A stretch of DNA of 63,542 bases, filler included, from a bacterium (GTDB lineage Bacteria > JAJRZV01): NCBI GenBank assembly GCA_024275095.1. It is 6 parts of 6 records of this genome, joined end to end, with 100 filler letters (N's around TTAATTAATTAA, not from the genome) between each part and the next. Parts side by side here need not be neighbours in the genome. Positions count along the whole stretch, not along the records: positions 17,567 to 47,774 come from JAJRZV010000071.1; 5 more parts are not named here. One strand, given 5' to 3'. Position numbers and translations under genes: made by a program. Below the pieces are notes generated by a model that saw nothing but the letters and a program-made list of their open reading frames with translations, did no database searches and had not been told where the DNA came from. Positions 29,034 through 38,570 of this stretch are shown here, piece by piece (position 1 is the first letter of the stretch; every line of letters begins with the position of its first letter).

Positions 29034-29750
29034 TCAGCCTTCCAAGATTTTCTCGAGGGATATTTTACCTTCATAAACCGCTTTCCCTATAACCACTCCC
29101 ATGAGCTTGGGATGATTCATGGACCGCAGAATTGCAATGTCTTTCTCCGAGGCCACGCCGCCTGCAGCAATAACGGGAAAGGGCGACATGTCAAGGATGC
29201 GGCACAGCCTTTCTGTGTTGACACCCTGGAGTGTTCCATCCTTTGTGACATCCGTGTGCAGGACCGCGTGGATTGGGAAACCACTGAACATTCGAAAAGC
29301 CATGGCAGGTGTAAGCGCTTCGTCACCTGTCCATCCTGATGTTACGACTGTATTTTCACGCGTGTCTATGCTCAATATGATTTTTCCGGGGAATTCCCTG
29401 GTGATTTTTTTAAAGCGGTCAAAGGCTTTAAATGCGAAGGACGATACCATCACGTAATCTATTCCTGCATTTAAATAGTCACGTATATGGCTTTCATCTC
29501 TTAAGCCGCCGCCTGTTTGGATCTCGCATCTCACGGCCGAGCGTATGGCATTTACAACCCCGGTGTTAACGGGATGTCCCCTGAAGGCTCCGTCCAGATC
29601 AACAATGTGGATGCGACGTGCTCCGGCTTTTTCGAACCAGCGGGCAATTTCCACGGGATCACGGTCGTAAAATGTAACCCTGCTTTTTTCCCCCTGGAAG
29701 AGGCGTGCGACGCGTCCTTCGAAAATATCGATGGCCGGGATAATCAGCAC
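29034..29750 (-). CDS. hisA: ProFAR isomerase
   Basis: [31 protein letters not shown]. Confidence 0.95.
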   Translation of the reverse strand: MLIIPAIDIFEGRVARLFQGEKSRVTFYDRDPVEIARWFEKAGARRIHIVDLDGAFRGHPVNTGVVNAIRSAVRCEIQTGGGLRDESHIRDYLNAGIDYVMVSSFAFKAFDRFKKITREFPGKIILSIDTRENTVVTSGWTGDEALTPAMAFRMFSGFPIHAVLHTDVTKDGTLQGVNTERLCRILDMSPFPVIAAGGVASEKDIAILRSMNHPKLMGVVIGKAVYEGKISLEKILEG

Positions 29751-30361
29751 GGTCCCCAGGTGATAAAGTTTTCTAAGATTTTGAGCCCCGCTTTTTGACT
29801 CTTTTCTGGGTGGAATTGAAACGCAACAACGTTATCACGTGCCATGGCCGAAGGAAAGTTAATAGTGTATTCTGTAAACGCAAGCACGTCTTCTTTGTTT
29901 GCACTTGCACAATAGTAAGAGTGAACAAAGTAGAAAAAGGTCCCATCAGGTAGATCTTTGAGGACAGGATGCTCATGTTGGAAATATACGCTGTTCCAGC
30001 CCATGTGAGGAATTTTCCCTACTCTTTCTGGAAACCGTACCACCTTTCCATAAAAATACCCGAATCCGGTGTGGTGCCCGAATTCTTCGCTTTCTTCCAT
30101 AAGGAGCTGGAGTCCCAAGCATATGCCAAGAAAAGGCTTCCCTTTTTTAATAAAGTCCTGCGTTGCTTCCCACAACCCGTCCTTTTTTAAATTGTGAACC
30201 GCATCCCTGAAGGCTCCTACGCCAGGCAGTATCAGCGCATCCGCACGTAAGATGTCTTCTGCTCTTCCGCTGATGCGAACGTTGCCTCCCACCGCCTCCA
30301 CGGCCTTGAGAACACTTTTAAGATTGCCCATGCCGTAATCTACAACGACGATATCTTTCAC
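29744..30361 (-). CDS. hisH: IGP synthase glutamine amidotransferase subunit
   Basis: DYGMGNL, LPGVGAF, GICLGLQ, PHMGWN, QFHPEKS. Confidence 0.97.
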   Translation of the reverse strand: MKDIVVVDYGMGNLKSVLKAVEAVGGNVRISGRAEDILRADALILPGVGAFRDAVHNLKKDGLWEATQDFIKKGKPFLGICLGLQLLMEESEEFGHHTGFGYFYGKVVRFPERVGKIPHMGWNSVYFQHEHPVLKDLPDGTFFYFVHSYYCASANKEDVLAFTEYTINFPSAMARDNVVAFQFHPEKSQKAGLKILENFITWGPC

Positions 30362-30951
30362 TCCTCCCTCAACCTCCCTTTCGTAGATGGCACGCCTTCA
30401 CTGCGGGGATCAATGCTCACGGCTTCACGAAGGGCTCTGGCAACAGATTTGAAAATACTCTCTGCTACATGATGTGGATCACGCCCCTTTTTAGGGTAAA
30501 TGTGCAGCGTGAGTTTGGCGTGTGTGGTTAAAGCGGTGAAAAAGGACTCCAGAAGAACTAAAGGGAAGTTCCCGGCGCTCAGGCTTCCAGGCTGAAAGTC
30601 AAGTATTAAGTAGGGCCTTCCACTAACATCGACAGACGAGAGTGTAAAGGCTTCATCCATTGGAACCGCTGCCCAGCCGTATCGTTGAATTTTCTCTCTT
30701 TTCCCGAGTGCCTGGTCCAGGGCCTGGCCCAGGGTAATTCCCACGTCCTCGACCGTGTGATGAAAATCTACGGTAACATCACCTTCTGCCTTTATCACCA
30801 TGTCAAATCCTCCATGACGTGAGAAGAGTTCGAGCATGTGGTTGAAGAAGGGGATGCCGGTTTCAATTTCATATTTTCCCTTTCCATCCAGATTGAGAGC
30901 CACCCGGATGATGGTTTCTTTAGTTTCTCGGGTTATGGTGGCGTTTCGCAT
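30358..30951 (-). CDS. hisB: Imidazoleglycerol-phosphate dehydratase
   Basis: RETKET, FFNHML, DFHHTVEDVGI, PMDEA, HHVAESIFK. Confidence 0.96.
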   Translation of the reverse strand: MRNATITRETKETIIRVALNLDGKGKYEIETGIPFFNHMLELFSRHGGFDMVIKAEGDVTVDFHHTVEDVGITLGQALDQALGKREKIQRYGWAAVPMDEAFTLSSVDVSGRPYLILDFQPGSLSAGNFPLVLLESFFTALTTHAKLTLHIYPKKGRDPHHVAESIFKSVARALREAVSIDPRSEGVPSTKGRLREE

Positions 30952-31018
30952 GCCATTCTCCTCCTTTTGTTCAGTTATAAAAGTGCAGTATTCATCTTGC
31001 CACAGTATAATAAAATAA

Positions 31019-31621
31019 ATGAGCAAAATTCTACGGGTATTAATAGCTCTGGGGATTGTTTTTATAAGCTACTTTGTGATCGCAAATTACCTTTCCTATC
31101 GATCTGTGACAAAGCAAACGTACGCCACTGTAAAGTTGTTTTATAAGCGGTTCAGTCCCGAAATCGCGGTGATTAAAAGAGCATATACGTTTGTAAACCG
31201 GAAAAAGCAGGCTTTGGGGATTTTCAGGCGTGAACACTTTGTAGCGGTGAATGGTGTTGTAACGGTGGGGTTCAAGCTTTCAAATATGCAGGTTGGTTTT
31301 TCGAAGAGAGATTCAGAAAAATACGTTTTAAAGGTAACTCTTCCCGCTCCAGAGGTGCTCACCGTGAGCATTAAGGAAGTGCTCGATCCCACCGGAGCCC
31401 TTGCAGCTCCTGAAGAGTACAATGCTGTCATTCAAGCGGCCATTCAGAACTTCAAAGCTCGAGCCCTCAGACCGGGCAATGTGCTTCTTGCCTACTCGGT
31501 TGTCAGGCGCCAGCTGGAGACCGTCTTTCGCGAAATTTTCCCGGCTGAACATCTTCGAATTGAATTTATTGCTCCAGGCGTGAAGTTTCAGGGGGATAAG
31601 GTCATAAAAATTAATAGATGA
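31019..31621 (+). CDS. DUF4230-like membrane-anchored protein
   Basis: N-terminal TM; GVVTVGFKLS...VTLPAPEVL. Confidence 0.55.
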   Translation: MSKILRVLIALGIVFISYFVIANYLSYRSVTKQTYATVKLFYKRFSPEIAVIKRAYTFVNRKKQALGIFRREHFVAVNGVVTVGFKLSNMQVGFSKRDSEKYVLKVTLPAPEVLTVSIKEVLDPTGALAAPEEYNAVIQAAIQNFKARALRPGNVLLAYSVVRRQLETVFREIFPAEHLRIEFIAPGVKFQGDKVIKINR

Positions 31622-32247
31622 AGGTGCAAGGAAAAACATGGTCACGAATTTATATTGTACTTTTACCTGTTCTTTTATTATGTTTTCTCGGCGTTTGGTC
31701 TGCATTTAATCATGTTCTCAAGGTTGCGGTAGAGGATCACATCCGTGAGGCAATCGTTCACTCTTCCTCTTTCTTTCATACCCTCAGGTACGGGATGGAT
31801 ACCACGATGTGTTTTGACCAGGAGTTGAGAAAGATATTTCCACTGTATCGGGAAAGCAATGCATTTGCCTGTTTCCGTGTAAATGCAGAGATTGTGGGAG
31901 GCTTTGATTTTTCGCGAATAGAGATAGAATCCAATGTAAGCACCTGGAAGAACCTGCTGGATCCATTCTATCAGAAGGAAATTACTGTACGCATTCCTCC
32001 CCCTGAGGTGGTGAGTGTGAACGGCATCAGTTACGAAATGCTTTACGCCAAAAACTGGAAAGAATTTCCCTTTCTCGAAAGAGCCAGATTTTTACAGATC
32101 GTGGAAAAGCGTCTTAGGGAAAAAGCGGTGGAGATGGGTCTTTTAAAGGACACGGCAGAATATTTTGCTGCTTTTATAACTGAGCTTGGTGCAGTTTACG
32201 GTGTGCGCGTAAAGGTCGCGGTTCAGGAGGGTTCATCATCTCCTTGA
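31618..32247 (+). CDS. DUF4230-like membrane-anchored protein
   Basis: N-terminal TM; AEIVGGFDFSRI...VRIPPPEVV...AVEMGLLKDT. Confidence 0.6.
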   Translation: MKVQGKTWSRIYIVLLPVLLLCFLGVWSAFNHVLKVAVEDHIREAIVHSSSFFHTLRYGMDTTMCFDQELRKIFPLYRESNAFACFRVNAEIVGGFDFSRIEIESNVSTWKNLLDPFYQKEITVRIPPPEVVSVNGISYEMLYAKNWKEFPFLERARFLQIVEKRLREKAVEMGLLKDTAEYFAAFITELGAVYGVRVKVAVQEGSSSP

Positions 32248-33020
32248 TTTTCTTCTTTTCTGAGAAGGCCGGTGATTTTAACCCCCAGCGCCCCGATTTC
32301 GAACAATATTAAAAGAGGCACGGCCAGGCTGATCTGGGTAAAGACATCGGGCGGGGTTAATATTGCGGCAAGGGTGAACACAGCCACCGCAGCATAAGGT
32401 CTGAAACGCTTTATGTCTTCATAAGAGATTATTCCCAGTGTGCCCAGAAGAATCATAACCACGGGTGAGAGGAAGGCCACGCCGAAGGAAAAAGCCAGCG
32501 TGAATACAAATGACAGATACTCACGTATGGAAATCATGGGATTCAGAAAATTTCCAGAGAATGCTCCTATGAGAAACCGAAGTCCGTATGGGAGCACCAC
32601 AAAATAAGAAAAAGCGGCACCTGTGAGAAAGAGAATTGCGGAAGGGATAAGTACTGCAATGGTGTAGACCCGTTCGTGGCGGTAAAGCCCGGGTGCTACA
32701 AAAGCCCATATTTCGTAAAGTATTATGGGAGACGAAATAAAAAAACCTGCGATAAGGCTTACTTTGAGGTATGTAAGGAAAGCCTCCGTCGGTTTGATAA
32801 AAACGACTTTTGCATCAGGGAATGATTGCTGGTAAGGTGCTACCAGCCATTTGAGAATCCATTCGGAAAAAACATACGAGCCTATGGCCGCGATGGCTAC
32901 AGCAGCAAGACATACTAAAATGCGACGCCGAAGTTCTTCCAGGTGTTCTGTAAGGGGCATCTCAAGAGTATCATCATGAGCACCTGTGTCTGACCTGGTG
33001 TGAGTGGATTCGTCACTCAT
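32223..33020 (-). CDS. tatC: Twin-arginine translocase TatC
   Basis: MPLTEHLEELRRR, PTEAF, WAFVAPGLYRHE, LTPPD. Confidence 0.97.
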   Translation of the reverse strand: MSDESTHTRSDTGAHDDTLEMPLTEHLEELRRRILVCLAAVAIAAIGSYVFSEWILKWLVAPYQQSFPDAKVVFIKPTEAFLTYLKVSLIAGFFISSPIILYEIWAFVAPGLYRHERVYTIAVLIPSAILFLTGAAFSYFVVLPYGLRFLIGAFSGNFLNPMISIREYLSFVFTLAFSFGVAFLSPVVMILLGTLGIISYEDIKRFRPYAAVAVFTLAAILTPPDVFTQISLAVPLLILFEIGALGVKITGLLRKEENQGDDEPS

Positions 33021-33289
33021 TCGTTTTCAGAATCTCCGGAGTTGTCTTGGGTATTTGCAGGTGTTTCAGGTTCCTTTTTAAATTCTTCTTCCAGTTTTTT
33101 ACGTTCCTCTTCCAGCGAAGCACGCAGTTCTTCGGCTTCTATTGTTTCCCTGAAGTCTTCCGCAGCTTTTCTGATTTCTCCCAACGCCCGGCCAATGGCC
33201 CTTGCAATTTGTGGGAGCCTTCGCGGCCCCACAACGAGCAGGGCAATAAGAAGTATAACCAGTATCTCCTGGAATCCGATTCCAAACAC
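33017..33289 (-). CDS. tatB: Twin-arginine translocase TatB (TatA/B family)
   Basis: MFGIGFQEILVILLIALLVVGPRRLP. Confidence 0.9.
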   Translation of the reverse strand: MFGIGFQEILVILLIALLVVGPRRLPQIARAIGRALGEIRKAAEDFRETIEAEELRASLEEERKKLEEEFKKEPETPANTQDNSGDSENE

Positions 33290-33292
33290 GCG

Positions 33293-33598
33293 TCAGCGCT
33301 TCTCCAGGAGCTTTTTCAGGCGCTCCTGTTCTTCTTTTGTGAATTCTTCGGCTTTTTTCTTCGTTTCGGTGCTTTTGTCTTTGATGATTTTTTTACCTTT
33401 TTTCAGTCCAGACTTTTTGAGGTCTTCCACCGATTTCCTCAACTTTTTCACCGCCTCCTTGCTTTCACGTGTAAACATGCTTGAGACCCATTTCCTGGGT
33501 TTGATCTCGAGTGCCCCCTTTTTCACCCGCACGTTGAAAAGGGAAAAGAAGATGACGATCAATACAATGACTATTATGGCTCGAATGAAGGTCTTCAT
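33293..33598 (-). CDS. Hypothetical Lys-rich membrane-anchored protein
   Basis: N-terminal TM and charged tail; co-oriented with tatBC. Confidence 0.65.
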   Translation of the reverse strand: MKTFIRAIIVIVLIVIFFSLFNVRVKKGALEIKPRKWVSSMFTRESKEAVKKLRKSVEDLKKSGLKKGKKIIKDKSTETKKKAEEFTKEEQERLKKLLEKR

Positions 33599-33672
33599 CA
33601 GATAGGTATTGTGTCACTTCGGAGAGGAGAATTTCAACAAATATTATATTTCCCGCCGGCCCTATCCCTGAT

Positions 33673-33708
33673 CCTCCCGGCGCGCAAGCAACGCGCGCGC
33701 CGGGGAGG
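33673..33708. repeat. GC-rich hairpin
   Basis: CCTCCCGGCGCGC...GCGCGCCGGGGAGG. Confidence 0.5.
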
Positions 33709-33758
33709 CCTGCGCCTCTGGAAAATGCGGTTGTTGTTAAGTTTCTTCACAACACAGC

Positions 33759-34450
33759 TCACCACTGCACGCCACTCATCCTGCATATCACCACCAACAA
33801 CTCTATCCACACAACATAAATAAACACATTCCCGCACTTCGCATAAAAGGTCTTTTTTCCTCTTCCCACCGTCCCTGTCAAATATCCCTCCCTGTCTATC
33901 TTCTTGTACCTGCCAGAAGGGCCCACTATCGCTGTCACCCCCTTGTTCGTGCTTCTCACAAGACAAACTTCATTTTCTATCGCCCTCACCAACCCATATT
34001 CAAAATGCTGGATCTTGCCCCATCCCCCACCAAACCACACATCATTTGATATATTCACTATAAAATCCGCTCCATCCTTTACAGCTTCCTGAACCCCCTC
34101 GGGAAAAAGCACCTCCCAGCAGATAAAAACACGGAGAATTTGAGCCCGTTTAAATCGAAAAATTTTCTTCCGTTCTTTTCTGCCGTAAATTCTTCCACCT
34201 GCCTCCTCTTCCCTATCATCCTGTTAATAATACCTATTCTCTTCACAAATCCTCCCAGGGGTGTGTATTCACCAAACGGAACAAGTCTCCTCTTGCGCTC
34301 AAAGTACAGCTCTCTTCCTATCATGTACACGGCAGAGCTGTACATAACCCCGGGACCCTCATTCAATATCGTCCCTGCAATAATTGATACGTCGTAATAT
34401 AAGGTCAGCTCTTCCATGTGCCTTCTCTCTTCCTTCTTCATATATTGTGG
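33759..34450 (-). pseudogene. lnt: Apolipoprotein N-acyltransferase C-terminal remnant
   Basis: KRRLVPFGEY, ICWEVLFP (frameshift at the A5 run 34125-34129), NISNDVWFG, QH..RAIEN, RSTNKG. The N-terminus is replaced by IS1634 sequence. Confidence 0.85.
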
Positions 34451-34990
34451 ATATGGATATTTACGGGACAGGAGATATGACCGGAAGCAGTGGGTGGTGG
34501 GAGCACTTTTATCAGGTGAGGGCAGGCCCATAAGTATGACGGTGGATGAGGGATCAAGAGTTGACCATCGGGTATTTCTCGAGCGGGTGGATGAATTTCA
34601 GGGGCGATTTCCACTGGTTGGGGAGGTATGCTGGGTGGCGGACAAGGGGATAGGGACGCGAGAGGTGATAGAGGAACTGAAGAAAAGAGGATTCAAATAC
34701 ATATTTGGGATAATGGAAGGATATACTCAGGGATACCCTTTCGGTGGAGCAGGTTAAGGTGAGAGTGAAAGACAAAAGTTATCTCTTAAGGCTTCCGCTT
34801 AAAGGATTGCGGGTAAAGTATTCACTGCTGTGAGAGTGAGACCGCCATCTTCTTTAATACCTCTGGAGAAAGAAAACTAAATAAACACCCTTTCTTTCCC
34901 GGAGAGAGAACTGTGGGGCCAAAAGGAAATCGCGTGCTCACAACACATTGATTTATAAAAACTTTTGGAATGCAACTGTAAAAAATGCTC
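34450..34990 (+). mobile_element. IS1634-family transposase remnant with right end
   Basis: GYLRDRRYDRKQWVVG...GRPI...VCWVADKG...YIFG; C-terminal AGKVFTAVRV; end CAACTGTAAAAAATG resembles 57976-57992. Confidence 0.8.
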
Positions 34991-35340
34991 ATTCTCAAAA
35001 CATTTCCTGAAACACCACCGTCTTGATGCGTGCCTACACCTGAAAATATACCTTAAAACATACCTTCATCAGAAAGGGGGATGCTTTAATTTATTAATTC
35101 TTTTTCGCGCACAGTGGACACGCGCGCTTGGATACATGCCTGGCATTCATGCCTGTGCTCGTCATGTTTTCTATCCGTCCATGCACACGGTCCACCGGAA
35201 GTGGTGCGCTTGAGGCATTTCACCTCTTATTTTTTCTTTTCCTGTGTCGCTGATGCCAATGCAGTATTCGTCCGATTTTCCTTTACAAAAGAAAAGCACG
35301 CTTACCATAATTTCACCAGCTCATACACAGGGAGGGTATC

Positions 35341-36006
35341 ATGTCTATACTCGGCCTTTTTCGGAAGTCGCCGTTCAGGCCCATACAGGAACACATGAAA
35401 AAGATTCACGAGTGTGTGCACCTGGTAAAACCTCTTGTAGAGGCTTTTATCAGGGGAAATTATGAAGAAGTTTCCAAATTGGCAAGTGAAATTTACCAGA
35501 AAGAACACGAGGCAGACGAAATCAAAAACTCAATCAGGGATAGTCTCCCAACGAGCCTTTTCCTGCCGGTAGACAGGCGCGATCTCCTGGACGTTCTTGC
35601 TTCTCAGGATGCCATTGCTGATGTGGCGGAAGATGTGGCGGTACTGGTGAGCCTCAGGAAGTTTACGCCTCCGGAAGACCTCTCGGACATGATTCTCGAA
35701 CTCTGTGACCGGGTTGTGGCTGTATTTGAAAAGGCTTTTGAAGTGGTAGATCACCTGGACGAACTGGTTGAGACATCCTTTTCGGGAAAGGAGGCAGAAA
35801 AGGTGATCAACACAATTAACGAACTTGGGTATCTGGAATGGAAAACCGACAAGTTCCAGATGAAAATTGCCACCAACCTTTACAGCCGCGATGATTTAAA
35901 ACCTGCGGAGCTTTTGCTCCTGGATAAAATTATTCAAAAAATTGCCGATATATCTAACGCGTCGGAGCGGATGGGTAATCGTTTGAGACTGTTCCTATCG
36001 CACTGA
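35341..36006 (+). CDS. DUF47 / PhoU-like phosphate transport regulator
   Basis: SPFRPIQEHM, EHEADEIK, LPVDRRDLL..QDAIAD; upstream of pit. Confidence 0.92.
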   Translation: MSILGLFRKSPFRPIQEHMKKIHECVHLVKPLVEAFIRGNYEEVSKLASEIYQKEHEADEIKNSIRDSLPTSLFLPVDRRDLLDVLASQDAIADVAEDVAVLVSLRKFTPPEDLSDMILELCDRVVAVFEKAFEVVDHLDELVETSFSGKEAEKVINTINELGYLEWKTDKFQMKIATNLYSRDDLKPAELLLLDKIIQKIADISNASERMGNRLRLFLSH

Positions 36007-36018
36007 GGGGGCTGAAAA

Positions 36019-37260
36019 ATGTCTATGGACCTCATTTATTACCTCGGTATCGCTGCTGCTGTGTACATGGCGTGGAATATTGGGGCAAATGACGTTGCCA
36101 ATGCCATGGGCACGTCGGTGGGGTCGCGTGCCCTCACTCTCGTGCAGGCTGTAATTTTTGCGAGCTTGTTTGAATTTGCAGGCGCGGTGCTGGTGGGAGC
36201 TCATGTTACTCAAACCATCAGAAAGGGCATCGTGGACGTGAGCCTTTTTGCAGGCCGCCCAGATGTTCTTGCAGTGGGCATGTTTTCTGCTCTTATTGCA
36301 GCAGGCACATGGCTTTTGGCCGCCACTTACATGGGCCTGCCCGTGTCCACCACTCATTCCATTGTCGGCGCGGTGGCGGGGATCGGCCTTTTCCAGTACG
36401 GTTTTGCCGGCGTTCACTGGGGGAAAATCGGCACCATTATCCTTTCGTGGATCATCTCACCTGTCATGGGAGCTCTCATGGGCTTCACCATGTTCACGTT
36501 TATCCGCAAGCGAATACTTGCAAGGGAAGACCCTTTGGCAGAAATAAAGAAATACTCACCCTTTTTATTATTTGGTGTGTTTTTTATCATTTCCATGAGC
36601 GTGATATTTAAGGGTTTGAAAAACCTCAAACTTGATCTGGACTTCCGCACTGCCGCCATGTATTCAGCCGCTGTTGCTGCTGGGCTTTCCATTGTTTCCG
36701 GGGTGCTTGTGCGGCTTATCAGGCCCGGGCAGAACATTGACGAAAACCTCAAGAAAACAGAATACCTCTTTGGTTTCCTTCAGGTGCTCACTGCCTGCTA
36801 CGTAGCCTTTGCTCATGGGTCCAATGACGTGGCCAATGCTGTTGGGCCGATCGCTGCCATTCAGGCTATCGTGACCACGGGCACCGTGGCCAAACACGTG
36901 GAAGTGCCGCTCTGGATTCTATCCATCGGCGGCGTTGGAATCGTGTTGGGTCTTTCTACGTGGGGGTATCGGGTAATGTTCACCATCGGCAAGCGCATAA
37001 CCGACCTCACACCATCAAGGGGATTTTCAGCGGAAATCTCAGCGGCCACCATCATCCTCGTGTGCAGCAAACTGGGACTTCCCATATCCACCACTCATAC
37101 AATCGTGGGGAGCGTGATCGGTGTTGGTTTTGCCCGTGGTATCGCTGCACTGGACCTCAAGGTATTGCGCAACATATTTGTATCATGGGCACTTGAAATT
37201 CCTGTCACCATTATTCTCGCCGGTGTACTTCACCACTTGATCATGGGCCTGTTCATGTAA
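36019..37260 (+). CDS. pit: PiT family inorganic phosphate transporter
   Basis: GANDVANAMGTSVG, PVSTTH, HGSNDVANA, PISTTH. Confidence 0.96.
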   Translation: MSMDLIYYLGIAAAVYMAWNIGANDVANAMGTSVGSRALTLVQAVIFASLFEFAGAVLVGAHVTQTIRKGIVDVSLFAGRPDVLAVGMFSALIAAGTWLLAATYMGLPVSTTHSIVGAVAGIGLFQYGFAGVHWGKIGTIILSWIISPVMGALMGFTMFTFIRKRILAREDPLAEIKKYSPFLLFGVFFIISMSVIFKGLKNLKLDLDFRTAAMYSAAVAAGLSIVSGVLVRLIRPGQNIDENLKKTEYLFGFLQVLTACYVAFAHGSNDVANAVGPIAAIQAIVTTGTVAKHVEVPLWILSIGGVGIVLGLSTWGYRVMFTIGKRITDLTPSRGFSAEISAATIILVCSKLGLPISTTHTIVGSVIGVGFARGIAALDLKVLRNIFVSWALEIPVTIILAGVLHHLIMGLFM

Positions 37261-37299
37261 AACAGGCAGTTCCGCAGAAACCACAACGATTGTTCGCAG

Positions 37300-38427
37300 C
37301 TAAAAAGTAATATTTCCAGGTTGTTCGGTGATCCTCGACCCTGAACGCCTGCTCAATATGAACCGGTACAGCCGCCTGTACAGGGCATCGCCGTTTCTTG
37401 CCAGAGTGTAAATTGTATAAACACCCTGGTAGTAGGGTAATATAAACGCGGTGTCAAATCCGGTCTCCTGCGCCACGGCAAGATAATCAAGCAGTTTTTG
37501 CCGGTACGCGTTATTGCTCAGCACGTTTTCGTCGAATTCAATCTCTATCCCGAGTTCGTTTCTACGGCAGAAGCTCATCGTGTCTCTCAGGTTTGCAATG
37601 GTACGCTGGTACCGTTCCTGGTAGTAATTGGGTTGAAAAAATGCGTAGTCAAAGCCGTAATCGTGCCATTGTGCTGCTTTCTGACGTGTCCACAGTTCGG
37701 TAAATTTGTAACTCTGAGCAGAAATCCAGGTAAACTCGGGTGTTCTTCCGTCAACTTCAAGCGAGTGAATATACGCAGCAATTTGCGGCAGGAGCCTTTC
37801 ATCTTCTGGCACCTGCGGCCAGATGTTTTCTTCCATCCAGTAGAAACCTCGAAATTGCAGGTTGGAATAGTACTTTTCGTTCCACGTCTTTACGAACTCA
37901 TTGATGTACCACTTCACGGCAGCGAGCCTGTTAACCTGCCGGCTGAAATTCCAGCCACTGCCAAATGCCTCCTGTCCCGGGTCAGGGTAGGGAATCATTA
38001 CCATTACCCATGCGTTCAGACCGCAGGAAGCTGCGGCGTTCTGTAGAGCATCAAGCTGGTGGTCTGCATCATGGAACAACCAGTTCAGAAACCACTTCCA
38101 GTATTCCTGATTTGATGCTGCACCGGATTGCATGTAATCGTAAATGAACAGATGTTGTGGGTTTGCACCGCTGGTTATGGCTAAAAAGAGAAAGACGTCG
38201 AACAATTGAGTGATATTTACCGGGTTCAGGTTTTCATTCACTGGGACAAGATAGGGAAGGAAATAATCCTTGCTCCATGTACGGAGTTCACATGTTTGCT
38301 GGTCGCAATCGCTACCCGCATAAATAAGCACCATGTCGTGGCGTTCTTTAAAACTTCCACTGCTGCAACCTGAGGTGGGCGGGAGGACAACGCAACACAA
38401 CAAAATCGTAATCGAAGTTTTCCACAT
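37300..38427 (-). CDS. DUF4855-like exported protein (putative glycoside-hydrolase fold)
   Basis: HDMVLIY, FDVFLFL, MIPYP, GFYWMEE, GFDYAFFQPNYY, GIEIEFD, YYQG; signal with Cys. Confidence 0.7.
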   Translation of the reverse strand: MWKTSITILLCCVVLPPTSGCSSGSFKERHDMVLIYAGSDCDQQTCELRTWSKDYFLPYLVPVNENLNPVNITQLFDVFLFLAITSGANPQHLFIYDYMQSGAASNQEYWKWFLNWLFHDADHQLDALQNAAASCGLNAWVMVMIPYPDPGQEAFGSGWNFSRQVNRLAAVKWYINEFVKTWNEKYYSNLQFRGFYWMEENIWPQVPEDERLLPQIAAYIHSLEVDGRTPEFTWISAQSYKFTELWTRQKAAQWHDYGFDYAFFQPNYYQERYQRTIANLRDTMSFCRRNELGIEIEFDENVLSNNAYRQKLLDYLAVAQETGFDTAFILPYYQGVYTIYTLARNGDALYRRLYRFILSRRSGSRITEQPGNITF

Positions 38428-38570
38428 TTCCAGTTCAGTCTGACATGACCAGCCGGGGCTTTCAAGATTGTGGTGGAGTCAGCCTGAACCTGATATGTGG
38501 CATTAGAAGAAAGCATTTCGGTGGCAATATCATTGCATTGCAGATAGAAGCTCAGGGATGGTTAAGGGCG

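Noticed and set aside
33000-33605. 201-aa Ser/Phe-rich plus-strand ORF
   Set aside because: Antisense shadow of the Lys/Glu-rich tatB and upstream gene.
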